A stretch of 32,000 bases of DNA, taken from Ignicoccus pacificus DSM 13166 (GTDB lineage Archaea > Thermoproteota > Thermoprotei_A > Sulfolobales > Ignicoccaceae). Position numbers and translations under genes: made by a program. The stretch lies in the NCBI GenBank assembly GCA_025340205.1, contig CP006868.1, positions 1,290,001 to 1,322,000 of the forward strand, given 5' to 3'. Below, piece by piece: positions 1 to 8,232 of this stretch. Below the pieces are notes generated by a model that saw only the letters and a program-made list of their open reading frames with translations, was not told where the DNA came from and made no database searches. The stretch's first letter is position 1; every line of letters begins with the position of its first letter.

Positions 1-2
1 CC

Positions 3-566
3 GTGCTCTCGATAGGCAAGTACTCCATCATTTCCAAGGACGTGGGTCTAGTTGACGACGTTGAGAAGGTGTTCAACTTCTCTAAGCTCAAGGGTACCCA
101 TGGAATAGGCCACGTGAGGTTCTCCACGGAAAGCGCTGTAGATGCCCTTCACGCCCACCCCTTCCAGACCTTCGACTTCCCCGACATAGCGATCGTTCAC
201 AACGGTCAGATAACTAACTATTGGAAGAGGAGGGAGCTCCTAGAGCTGGAGGGTCACGTCTTCCAGACCGATAACGACTCCGAGCTGATAATTCATTATA
301 TTGTGAACAAGCTGAGGAAGGGCTACAAGCTGGAGGAGGCGCTTCACGAAGCAGTTAAGGACTTGGACGGTCCCTTCGCCTTCCTCATCTCCATGCCTGA
401 GGGAATTGGGATGGCTAGGGATAGGCTCGGCTTGAGACCCTTGGTTACCTCCGAGTATGAGGGTGTTTTCGTGGCCGCCTCGGAAGAGGTGGCTATCAGG
501 AAGGTACTTCCCGAGAGCAAGATTACCTACTTGAGACCCGGTGAGGTGGAAGTATGGAGGCCGTGA
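3..566 (+). CDS. Class-II (Ntn) glutamine amidotransferase subunit of archaeal split glutamate synthase (GltB domain-1 like), 5' partial
   Basis: The ORF runs in from the window edge. The translation carries GATase-2 signatures (HGIGHVRFST, VHNGQITNY, FQTDNDSELI, DGPFAF, RDRLGLRPL). It overlaps the next glutamate-synthase gene by 13 nt, which suggests coupling. Confidence 0.8.
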   Translation: MLSIGKYSIISKDVGLVDDVEKVFNFSKLKGTHGIGHVRFSTESAVDALHAHPFQTFDFPDIAIVHNGQITNYWKRRELLELEGHVFQTDNDSELIIHYIVNKLRKGYKLEEALHEAVKDLDGPFAFLISMPEGIGMARDRLGLRPLVTSEYEGVFVAASEEVAIRKVLPESKITYLRPGEVEVWRP

Positions 567-2701
567 GAATAGACGCTCAGAACATGACTCCAAAGGAGCT
601 AAACAGGGAACTGAAGGAGAAAGCTAAGAGGTACAAGAAAATAATAATACTAAATCCTAACGCCAAGCACTACATAGCCGCTGGACTGGTAGCGGACGTT
701 GAAGTCGAGATCGAGGGAAGCGCCGGCTACTTCCTAGGAACCATGATCCACGGGCCTAAGATTACGCTCAAGGGCAACGCGGGCTGGTACGTAGGAGATA
801 ACATGACTATGGGAGAGATAGTGGTTAAGGGACACGCCGGAAACGGAGTCGGTCAGTACATGTACGGAGGAACTGTGGTCGTTGAAGGAGATGCCGGAGA
901 TAGGAGTGCAGCCCTAATGAAGAATGGAATAGTAATCGTTAAGGGAGACGCTGGCTTAATGACTGGCCTTTACATGATGGGAGGTAAGGTAATCGTACTC
1001 GGAGATCTCAACGAGTACGCGGGAGAGATGATAATTAACGGTAGGATCTACATAGGAGGGGCCCCCAAGAGCCTAGGCAAGAACGCCAAGCTGGAGGAGG
1101 CCAAGCCAGAGGAGGTGGAGGAGGTAAACAAGATACTGAGGAAGTACGGCCTCCCCGAGAAGGACAGCTTCTACGTGATAGTTCCCAAGAGCTTGAGGCC
1201 TGTTTACAAGCCTCCATCCGGAACTCCCGCAATGAAGAAGCTCTTACCCAAGTTCAAGACCGAGTTCACCTATGAGCTCTGCATAGGCTGCGGAGTCTGC
1301 GCACAAGTCTGCCCCGAGAAGGTAATCAAGATGGTCGGAAACAAGCCAGTGGCTGCTAGACAAGCGGATTGCATAGGCTGCTACGCTTGCGTGAACTACT
1401 GTCCGACGGATGCGGTTAAGGTCTTCAGGGTGGCGGAGAGCAAGACCAACAGAGCTAACATAGACGCCTCGATATACAACTACATAAGGCAGATGGCCTC
1501 CGTAGGTCATCCTCCCGTAGTCGGAATGGGAGCGGAGAACAAGTACTTCCCCTCTCTAGATCAGCTTACCTTCATACCCGGCCAGACCTCTAGACCGCCC
1601 ATAGACAGCTACAGAGAGCCTTGCGACACCGAGGTGATCCTAGGCCATAGGTTCGCCGAGAAGCCCTTGAAGCTCAAGGCTCCGATAATGATAGGTGCCA
1701 TGAGCTTCGGCTCCGTCAGCAAGGAGGTAAAGATAGCGTTAGCTAAGGCGGCCGGAAGGCTGGGAATAGCCGCTAACACCGGAGAGGGAGGAATGCTCCC
1801 TGAAGAGAGGAAGTACGCCTCGATACTAATAGTCCAGTATGCCTCTGGAAGGTTCGGCGTGTCCGCTTCTTACCTAAGGTCCGGAGACGCTGTAGAGATC
1901 AAGATAGGGCAAGGAGCGAAGCCGGGAATGGGAGGACTCCTATTAGGAGAGAAGGTAACCGAGGACATCTCGAAGATGAGAGGGATCCCAATAGGCACCG
2001 ACGCGATAAGCCCGGCTAGGCACTTGGACATAGTGGGCCCAGAGGACCTAAAGATGAAGATAGAGCAGTTGAGAGAGATTACCGACTGGAAGGTCCCAAT
2101 AATAGTGAAGTACGCCGCTGGAAGGGTCGCCGACGACGTCAAGATAGCGGCCAAGGCCGGAGCGGACATAATTGTAATAGACGGGAAGCCCTCCGGAACG
2201 GGAGCCACCCCTTACATAGTGACCGAGCACACCGGCTACTCCACGATGGCTGCTGTGGTAGAGGCCCACAAGGCCTTGAAGGAGATAGGCCTTAGGGACA
2301 AGGTCTCCTTGGTGGTGGGAGGAGGGATAAAGACGGGGGCGGATGCGGCGAAAGTCTTGGCCTTAGGAGCTGACGCCGTCATGATCGCCTCTGCAACTTT
2401 GGTGCCCATAGGCTGTACCTACTGCGGAACCTGCCACAACGGCAGGTGTCCCTACGGAATAGCCACCCAGAAGCCCGAGCTGAGGAGGAGGATCAACGTG
2501 GAACTTGCCGCGAAGAGGATAGAGAACTACCTCAGAGGGTTCATAGAGGAGATGTGCATGTTCGCGCAGCTGGCCGGAAAGAGCAAGCTGAGCAACTTGG
2601 AGAAGGAGGACTTAAGGGCCTTAACATTCGAGGCCTCAATGCTGACCGGAGTGAAGCTAATGGGAGTGGAGAAGCCCGCCTCCGAGCTCATGGAGAGGTA
2701 A
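554..2701 (+). CDS. gltB: Archaeal-type glutamate synthase fusion: GXGXG beta-helix domain + 2x[4Fe-4S] ferredoxin + FMN-binding glutamate synthase core
   Basis: GXGXG repeats are present (GSAGYFLG, GNAGWYVG, GHAGNGVG, GDAGDRSA, GDAGLMTG). There are two CxxCxxCxxxCP motifs (CIGCGVCAQVCP, CIGCYACVNYCP). The FMN core motifs follow (GAMSFGS, NTGEGG, IKIGQGAKPGMGG, IVIDGKPSGTGA). Confidence 0.85.
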   Translation: MEAVRIDAQNMTPKELNRELKEKAKRYKKIIILNPNAKHYIAAGLVADVEVEIEGSAGYFLGTMIHGPKITLKGNAGWYVGDNMTMGEIVVKGHAGNGVGQYMYGGTVVVEGDAGDRSAALMKNGIVIVKGDAGLMTGLYMMGGKVIVLGDLNEYAGEMIINGRIYIGGAPKSLGKNAKLEEAKPEEVEEVNKILRKYGLPEKDSFYVIVPKSLRPVYKPPSGTPAMKKLLPKFKTEFTYELCIGCGVCAQVCPEKVIKMVGNKPVAARQADCIGCYACVNYCPTDAVKVFRVAESKTNRANIDASIYNYIRQMASVGHPPVVGMGAENKYFPSLDQLTFIPGQTSRPPIDSYREPCDTEVILGHRFAEKPLKLKAPIMIGAMSFGSVSKEVKIALAKAAGRLGIAANTGEGGMLPEERKYASILIVQYASGRFGVSASYLRSGDAVEIKIGQGAKPGMGGLLLGEKVTEDISKMRGIPIGTDAISPARHLDIVGPEDLKMKIEQLREITDWKVPIIVKYAAGRVADDVKIAAKAGADIIVIDGKPSGTGATPYIVTEHTGYSTMAAVVEAHKALKEIGLRDKVSLVVGGGIKTGADAAKVLALGADAVMIASATLVPIGCTYCGTCHNGRCPYGIATQKPELRRRINVELAAKRIENYLRGFIEEMCMFAQLAGKSKLSNLEKEDLRALTFEASMLTGVKLMGVEKPASELMER

Positions 2702-2747
2702 TTTTGTCCCTCCGGTTAGGTCACCTTAATTTCCGCTTCCTCCCCTT

Positions 2748-4109
2748 GTGGGACGGTGCTTCCACGTGGAGGTCGTCGTCATAGGAGGAGGAGCCGCTGG
2801 AATGAGCGCTGCCTCCAGGGTCAAGAGGCTTCACAAGGACTGGACCGTTAGGGTCTTCGAGGGATCCGGCTACGTTTCCTACGCCCCCTGCGGCCTCCCC
2901 TACTTCATTGTCGGGAAGGTAAAGGAACCGAACCAGCTCACCTACTACCCCGTCGAGGTCTTCAGGGAGAAGAGGGGGATAGACGTTCACGTCAACGCTT
3001 GGGTAATAGACGTGGATCTGGACAAGAGAATAGTGAAGGTGAAGGAGGGCGGGGAGGTGAAGGAGTATCACTGGGACAAACTGATATTGGCAACTGGGGC
3101 CAAGCCGAAGGACTTGGGAGTGGAGGGAGAGAACCTCAAGGGGGTGATAAAGCTCCACACGGTCGAGAGCGGGATAAAGGCTAGGGAGGAGCTCCAAGGA
3201 GCTAAGAGCGTGGTCGTGGTCGGAGCGGGGTTCACCGGAATAGAGGTCGCCGGGGAGCTCAAGGAAGCCGGCTACCAGGTTCACTTGGTAGTTAGGTCAA
3301 GGGTTCTGAGGAAGAGCTTTGATGAGGAGATGAGCGAGCTCATAGAGAATCACTTGAAGAAGAACGGAATAAACTTGATCAAGGGAGTAACTGTAGAGAG
3401 GATCGTCGGAAAGGAAAGGGTAGAGGGAGTGGAGCTTTCAAACGGAGAGAAGGTAGAGGCTCAAGCCGTAGTTGTAGCAGTTGGAATGGAGCCAGCAAAC
3501 GAGCTAGCGAAGAAGATGGGATTGGAGCTTGGAGTCAACGGGGCGGTGAGGATAAACGAGTACACCGAGACCTCCATGCAAGACGTCTACGCAGCTGGAG
3601 ATGTGGCGGAAAGCTGGCACGTCCACTTGGGAACGGATTACAGGGTGTGGTGCCCCTTCGCCCCTCCAGCCAACAAGATGGGGTTGGTCGCTGGGCTGAA
3701 CGCTTCCGGAAAGAGGGTCTCATTCCCCGGAAGCTCTTGTACCGGGATAACCAAGGTGTTGGGCTTAGAAATAGGGAGGACCGGGTTGACGGAAGAGGAG
3801 GCGAAGAAGATGGGCTTCAAAGTAACAGCTTCAATGGTCAAGGCTAGAACTAGAGCCCACTACTATCCCGGCTCCAGCTTCACCAACGTCAAGCTTGTGG
3901 CTGATTCCAACACCGGCATGGTGCTCGGAGTCCAAGTGGTCGGACCCGAAGGAGTTAAGGGAAGGGTTGACGCCGTCGCCACCCTCCTCACGAGGAGGGG
4001 CACGGTAAGGGACCTCTTCTTCGCTGACATAAGCTACGTCCCTCCCTTGGCCCCAGTGTGGGACCCCTTGGTAACCGCCGCCAGGCTCCTGTACAAGGAC
4101 CTCAGGTGA
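2748..4109 (+). CDS. Pyridine nucleotide-disulfide oxidoreductase, CoA-disulfide reductase / NADH oxidase family
   Basis: The N-terminus reads VVVIGGGAAGMSAA and the redox Cys sits in SYAPCGLPY. A second Rossmann motif (VVVVGAGFTGIE) and YAAGDVA are present, and the length is 453 aa. The true start may be the in-frame GTG at 2766 (MEVVVIGGG). Confidence 0.85.
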   Translation: MGRCFHVEVVVIGGGAAGMSAASRVKRLHKDWTVRVFEGSGYVSYAPCGLPYFIVGKVKEPNQLTYYPVEVFREKRGIDVHVNAWVIDVDLDKRIVKVKEGGEVKEYHWDKLILATGAKPKDLGVEGENLKGVIKLHTVESGIKAREELQGAKSVVVVGAGFTGIEVAGELKEAGYQVHLVVRSRVLRKSFDEEMSELIENHLKKNGINLIKGVTVERIVGKERVEGVELSNGEKVEAQAVVVAVGMEPANELAKKMGLELGVNGAVRINEYTETSMQDVYAAGDVAESWHVHLGTDYRVWCPFAPPANKMGLVAGLNASGKRVSFPGSSCTGITKVLGLEIGRTGLTEEEAKKMGFKVTASMVKARTRAHYYPGSSFTNVKLVADSNTGMVLGVQVVGPEGVKGRVDAVATLLTRRGTVRDLFFADISYVPPLAPVWDPLVTAARLLYKDLR

Positions 4110-4556
4110 GGCATTCGTTATTTCAATAATCCTTTTCAATACTTCAATTAGCAGAATCCCTACTATCGTGAAAGTTATTGGACTGAAGCCGAACCTAGGA
4201 TGGAAGAAGAGGCCAAAGGAAGCTAAGTAGAGGGGTAAGACGTTCAGGCCCTCTAACTTCGTCCCCTCAAGCATTCCCTTAGCCTCTTCAGAAGCTATCA
4301 TGGAAGCGATGAAGGCGCTGGCTATGTATAGGAAGACCAGTTGAGCCTTTAAGGTCTTGGACAAGTGGAATATCCAAAGGAGGAGTATTGCGATGGCTAG
4401 CGCCTTAGAGCTGTTCCTCCAGCCTTCATTCCTTACATTATAGAGAGCGTAAAGGGCTACTAAGCTGGCGAAGAGCAGCTTGAGATAGCTTACGCTCCCA
4501 AACGTAATGTAGATCCACGCTAGAGCGGAAACGAGGAGCAACGAGAGCGGATCCAT
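3831..4556 (-). CDS. Small multi-pass membrane protein, function unknown; the last ~90 codons run antisense through the 3' end of the oxidoreductase gene
   Basis: The ORF starts at an ATG at 4556. The first ~150 aa are strongly hydrophobic helices (LLLVSALAWIYITFG, LVALYALY, AIAILLLWIF, LVFLYIASAFIASMI, LPLYLASFGLFF, FTIVGILLIEVL). No stop codon occurs until 3831, so the annotated 3' end is formal. Confidence 0.5.
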   Translation of the reverse strand: MDPLSLLLVSALAWIYITFGSVSYLKLLFASLVALYALYNVRNEGWRNSSKALAIAILLLWIFHLSKTLKAQLVFLYIASAFIASMIASEEAKGMLEGTKLEGLNVLPLYLASFGLFFHPRFGFSPITFTIVGILLIEVLKRIIEITNASPEVLVQEPGGGYQGVPHWGQGRDVAYVSEEEVPYRAPPREEGGDGVNPSLNSFGSDHLDSEHHAGVGISHKLDVGEAGAGIVVGSSSSLDH

Positions 4557-4651
4557 CGCTTCTCCCGAGGGTATATTCTCTATTTTGGATTAAATCTATT
4601 TTGTTAGAAAGGCAATGGGTTCTCTGTTCTATTTATTGGAACAAAATAGGG

Positions 4652-4665
4652 AAAAGCTTATAAAG
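4652..4665 (+). promoter_or_regulatory. Archaeal BRE/TATA promoter of tRNA-Asp
   Basis: The sequence aaaagcTTATAAAg has its TATA core at 4658-4664, about 30 nt upstream of the mature tRNA 5' end at 4693. Confidence 0.45.
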
Positions 4666-4692
4666 ATAGTCACTCTTCCCCTGCACGGAAGT

Positions 4693-4770
4693 GCCGCGGT
4701 AGTATAGCCAGGCCTAGTATGCGGGCCTGTCGAGCCCGTGACCCGGGTTCAAATCCCGGCCGCGGCGCCA
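4693..4770 (+). tRNA. tRNA-Asp (anticodon GTC), CCA encoded
   Basis: I folded the cloverleaf by hand. Acceptor stem is GCCGCGG/CCGCGGC and D stem is GTAT/GTAT (two G-U pairs). Anticodon stem is CGGGC/GCCCG with loop CTGTCGA. T arm is CCGGG-TTCAAAT-CCCGG, the discriminator is G, and CCA follows. Confidence 0.95.
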
Positions 4771-4810
4771 CAAACCCCCTCACCACCCCTCCCTTCGTTC
4801 GAAAGACTCT

Positions 4811-5311
4811 TTATTGACCGAGCAACTTAGCTCGGATCTCTTCTGTGGAAGTCTCTCTAACGAAGATCACGTTAAGCCTTAACCTCCTAGCTTGATTTGC
4901 CATGCCCTTGTCGTCGGTTACGAGTAGAGAGTCCGTAAGAAGCGCCAATGCGAGGAAGTAAGTATCGAAACCGGACGGAGCAGTCGTTAATGCTACTTCC
5001 AGGGCCTTATCGTACACTACGTCCTCGTCAATAACTATGAAAGTATTGTTTAGACTCTCAACGACTTTTAGTACGTGCTCTCTCGGCATGCCGCTCCGCT
5101 TCAGTACCGATGCAACTTCTATTATGCCAGCTTTTGGGAAGAACACCTTATAGTTCATCTTCTCCAGCAAGCTCAGTATTACACGTATCTTCTGGCGAGT
5201 CTCTATCTCCCTCTTATAGATGTCTCTCTCCAAATACCTTGGTGGAGCCAGAACGCTTTTGGCTACGACGCTTGTGTCGAGTACAACTCTACCCATACAG
5301 CTTCTTGTCAC
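4811..5311 (-). CDS. vapC: PIN-domain ribonuclease toxin (VapC-like)
   Basis: The N-terminus VVLDTSVVAKSVL and the C-terminal LVTDDKGMA are typical PIN acidic motifs. It overlaps the upstream small antitoxin ORF. The start is probably the internal ATG at 5296 (MGRVVLDTS). Confidence 0.8.
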   Translation of the reverse strand: MTRSCMGRVVLDTSVVAKSVLAPPRYLERDIYKREIETRQKIRVILSLLEKMNYKVFFPKAGIIEVASVLKRSGMPREHVLKVVESLNNTFIVIDEDVVYDKALEVALTTAPSGFDTYFLALALLTDSLLVTDDKGMANQARRLRLNVIFVRETSTEEIRAKLLGQ

Positions 5312-5510
5312 GTTTACGAACCTCCTCTAAAACTTCGTCGACGTTCCGTTTGGCTTCGAAACTTGTAGACAGAGCTAGCTCATAAAAACTCTTATCACGT
5401 ACCACAACGACCAGCTCTTCCCCCTCCTTAAGGTCTACAGGCTCAAGAGGTTTTAGCACGCCGTTTTCATACTTAACACGTATAGCCTTGGACAACTCTA
5501 TCCCCGTCAA
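5289..5510 (-). CDS. DUF104/UPF0165-like antitoxin partner of the PIN toxin
   Basis: This 73-aa ORF carries the hallmark IRVKYENGVLKPLEPVDLKEGEELVVVV. It lies immediately upstream of the PIN gene and overlaps it. Confidence 0.7.
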   Translation of the reverse strand: MTGIELSKAIRVKYENGVLKPLEPVDLKEGEELVVVVRDKSFYELALSTSFEAKRNVDEVLEEVRKRDKKLYG

Positions 5511-5639
5511 TATACGTTGCCGACAGAGTCACCTAAGCTTTTTCCGATGCAATATTCATAATTAGACTCAAGAATTAGAGTGAACGTCACATTCCGTGCT
5601 TCTTTGTGTATCTGTATAAGGCTGGTTTTATAGCACGGA

Positions 5640-5684
5640 CCTGTCGAGCCCGTGACCCGGGTTCAAATCCCGGCCGCGGCGCCA
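5640..5684 (+). repeat. Exact 45-nt direct repeat of the 3' part of tRNA-Asp (att-like integration scar)
   Basis: A base-by-base comparison shows 4726-4770 is identical to 5640-5684 (cctgtcgagcccgtgacccgggttcaaatcccggccgcggcgcca). No 5' half of a tRNA precedes it. Confidence 0.9.
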
Positions 5685-5878
5685 TTCTCACAAATTACAA
5701 CTACCCATGCTGCCTCGGCAAGTAACTTCCGACCCCATCCCACTGTTTCCAGACCCTGGAACCTCGATTGAGAGGGAGATCAACGAACATACTTAGTATT
5801 TTCTAGAAAGATATTGAGGTTCGAATATGGTCCATCTTACTATGTTATATGGCCTCTTTACATACAAGACTTGAGGCT

Positions 5879-6378
5879 TCATGGCTCACCGGCCCTTCTC
5901 AGAATTTCATTCTCTACATCTTTTGAGATTCTGAAACCAGCGTCCTTGAGCTTTTCAATATCGTTCTTCACACTACTTATTAATTTAATCCGATTCTCTT
6001 TGCCTTAAGTAGTATACCCACTGTGCCGGCCACACGGAGACCTAGCTTCTTGGCATGTTGTCGCCCTTCTCTTTCATCAATTAACAATAGGTCAGCTCCA
6101 GTCTCGAGTGCAAGTATGATGGCTTCCGCTTCACCTTCATCGAGAAATGTCATTAAGAGAGTCTTCATTGATTTGTTCTTTATTGGAAGTACTTTTATCC
6201 ATGGCGCATTCTTCACCTCGAGTGCGCCCGGTTGTCCCATGCCTTCTTCGACTACCTCTTTATACACCGCACAAGGGATGATTACCTCATTGAACAGTTC
6301 TTGCAAAAGGTAGAGTCTGCCTATTCTCGATAGGTGAATTAGCGGTGAGGAATTAGATACTACCTTAAGTCTCTGCAA
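5879..6378 (-). pseudogene. DUF3368-type PIN-domain toxin, frameshifted near its 3' end
   Basis: ORF 5980-6378 ends ...GILLKAKRIGLN*. The expected family C-terminus (IKLISSVKNDIEKLKDAGFRISKDVENEILRRAGEP*) continues in another frame down to the stop at 5879-5881. Confidence 0.6.
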
Positions 6379-6628
6379 ACTTTAAATCATCCTCCAGTTC
6401 TTCGTTAGTATAGTGTCTTTCGACTTTCCTCTTACTAAGCTCTTCCAAGAACTCCCACTTGCTCAAGCCGGCCAATCTGCGAGCTTGTCCCAAGCTCAGT
6501 ACTCCCCGAGCATAGAGGGCTATAGCCAGCTCGAGTCGTGCAACGCGTTCGAATTCGTTCTCCGGGATCTTGGCTCCTTGGACTACGTCTTTAGGAACGC
6601 GGATGACGATGGAGACCTCTTTGACCAA
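6365..6628 (-). CDS. UPF0175-family antitoxin (partner of DUF3368 PIN proteins)
   Basis: This 87-aa ORF carries LELAIALYARGVLSLGQARRLAGLSKWEFLEELSKRKV. It overlaps the start of the DUF3368 gene by 14 nt. Confidence 0.7.
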   Translation of the reverse strand: MVKEVSIVIRVPKDVVQGAKIPENEFERVARLELAIALYARGVLSLGQARRLAGLSKWEFLEELSKRKVERHYTNEELEDDLKFAET

Positions 6629-6666
6629 CGCTTAAGCCCGTCGAGGGAACGCATAAGGGATATTCA

Positions 6667-6711
6667 AGTATGCGGGCTTGTCAAGTGAGTTCAAATCCGG
6701 CTGCAGCGCCA
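6667..6711 (+). repeat. Decayed third copy of the tRNA-Asp 3' portion
   Basis: The segment agtatgcgggc is identical to tRNA positions 4716-4726. It continues as ttgtcaagtga-gttcaaatccgg-ctgcagcgcca, with transitions and a short deletion relative to the tRNA. Confidence 0.7.
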
Positions 6712-7255
6712 CCTCTATAACCTTGGATTCAGGTTCTGTAATTCTACGGAATCTTAATTGGATTATCCGAACTCAAGAAGCCTCAGAGCTTCCCCTTTCG
6801 GACACCTCGTTGGTCGTACAGAGTATATCAGCGAAGTGCAACTAAAGTTAGTTAGAGATCTTGATGCTTGGGCCCCGAGCGAGGCTAATCCGTTCGGTCC
6901 TCGAACGCTTTTACCGCCAATGAACTCTCGAAGGTCCTAGGTAAAAGCAGGAGTACGATCTACGCTGAGGGAGAAGTAATCCCGAGCGAGGAGGTCGTAG
7001 TGAAGGTTCTAACATTGCTCCCTGTCGACGCATCCCTCGGTTCAGTAGGGAAGGAGGTTCTCAATGCTTATGGGTTGCTTGATCGAGGCGACAAATCAAA
7101 GCTTGCCCCTTTGCTAGCGATCTTGACCGTAGCTCTCTGAATCATTAATACGTCAAGTAAGCTCGCTATCTTAAGTGAAACTCCATTTTTCCCACGAGTT
7201 GTGACTAGAACTCCTATAGTACAGGATTTGATAAAGTAGAAGCACCGTTCTTAGG

Positions 7256-7666
7256 TTATATTTCAAGAGGGTTTACCACTTCTACGTTTAATAATTTGGA
7301 TATCAAGTTAGCTTTCTTGCTTATCTCTTTATCTAGTGTTATGAACCTATCACAATTGAGTAAGTATGAGGATAGCAGATGTAAAGTATCTAGCGTCCTT
7401 AACTTGATTAAGGAGGAGAAACGTTCCATAAGTGAGATTAGTTCAGCAAGGCTTACGTCTACTATTCTCGCCCTAACTATACTTAGTGACGCCTTTGCCA
7501 ATACCTTCGGATCGTTAGCTACTCTAGAGAAGAATGAAATTAGCTCGGCGTAAACCAGAGGGGTCACCGTTCCCTTGCCGATCTTAAAGTTCCTTACCTT
7601 TTCATGATTCACATCATCTTCCACTACGTAAGAAATTATGAAAGAGGTATCTAGAAAATCGGTCAC
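7256..7666 (-). CDS. vapC: PIN-domain toxin (VapC-like)
   Basis: The N-terminus FLDTSFIISYVVEDD and the C-terminal FITLDKEI are typical PIN motifs. It overlaps the upstream RHH ORF by 4 nt. Confidence 0.8.
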   Translation of the reverse strand: MTDFLDTSFIISYVVEDDVNHEKVRNFKIGKGTVTPLVYAELISFFSRVANDPKVLAKASLSIVRARIVDVSLAELISLMERFSSLIKLRTLDTLHLLSSYLLNCDRFITLDKEISKKANLISKLLNVEVVNPLEI

Positions 7667-7896
7667 TCCCTTTCACCTAGGAACTCTGAAACCCAGTCCT
7701 TCTTCTTGCCCAAGCTTATCTTACCTTCTTTTACGATTCTCTCTATCTTTTCATTTTCGTTGTCTAAGTTCTTCAAGCCTAACTCTATTAACTTTATTAT
7801 CACTTCGTTCCTAGACTTCCCATATCCAGATTCTAAGAGTTCGTTTATCTTTTCCAAGATCTCTTTCTTCACCCTTAAAGGCAGTACTACGCTCAA
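7663..7896 (-). CDS. vapB: Ribbon-helix-helix (CopG-like) antitoxin
   Basis: The 77-aa translation begins VVLPLRVKKEILEKINELLESGYGKSRNEVIIKLIELGL, a beta-strand followed by two helices. It lies directly upstream of the PIN gene. Confidence 0.7.
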   Translation of the reverse strand: MSVVLPLRVKKEILEKINELLESGYGKSRNEVIIKLIELGLKNLDNENEKIERIVKEGKISLGKKKDWVSEFLGERE

Positions 7897-8232
7897 ATGT
7901 ATACACCAAAGTATACTCTACTGAGAAACATAAAAGTATACGGAAAATGCTCTTAGCTCTTGGATACTTACCAGTTCTTCCTATTTGTGCTTTTGTGTTA
8001 CGTGTGGTGAGCTCTTTATTCTTGTTCAATCATCACCAAAATGTAGATTAATGAAAATGGCCTAATCACGAAAATTTGTGATCTTGAGCGAATGGTTTAC
8101 ACTTAGCGTAGAACTGACGTATACTCTATATAGATCTAACATCTTACGTACAATCTGTGGCGATAACCCTCCCTATTCCATCTCTTATGTACAATTAGGG
8201 TTTATTGAGAATTTATTGTTAACTTTTACTTA

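Larger units (their letters stand above)
4771..6711. mobile_element. Remnants of two successive tRNA-Asp-targeted integrations, reduced to TA cassettes
   Basis: Two intervals of about 0.9-1.0 kb are bounded by the tRNA and its two partial direct repeats. Each holds one TA pair. No integrase ORF was detected. Confidence 0.45.

Noticed and set aside
240-4109. Numerous 60-190 aa ORFs antisense or out of frame within the glutamate synthase and oxidoreductase genes (e.g. 240-593, 1035-1232, 1244-1510, 1870-2208, 2048-2269, 2446-2784, 2721-3284, 2999-3184, 3068-3262, 3535-3723, 3638-3841, 3647-3847)
   Set aside because: These are shadow ORFs inside strongly supported conserved genes. Their translations are low-complexity (Pro/Arg/Ser/Gly-rich) with no recognisable motifs.
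5814-6008. 64-aa + strand ORF
   Set aside because: It is the shadow of the frameshifted C-terminal part of the DUF3368 PIN gene on the minus strand.
6758-6940. 60-aa + strand ORF after the third att-like repeat
   Set aside because: No recognisable motif. It is probably chance or decayed sequence. The neighbouring HTH-like frame is reported separately as a low-interest remnant.
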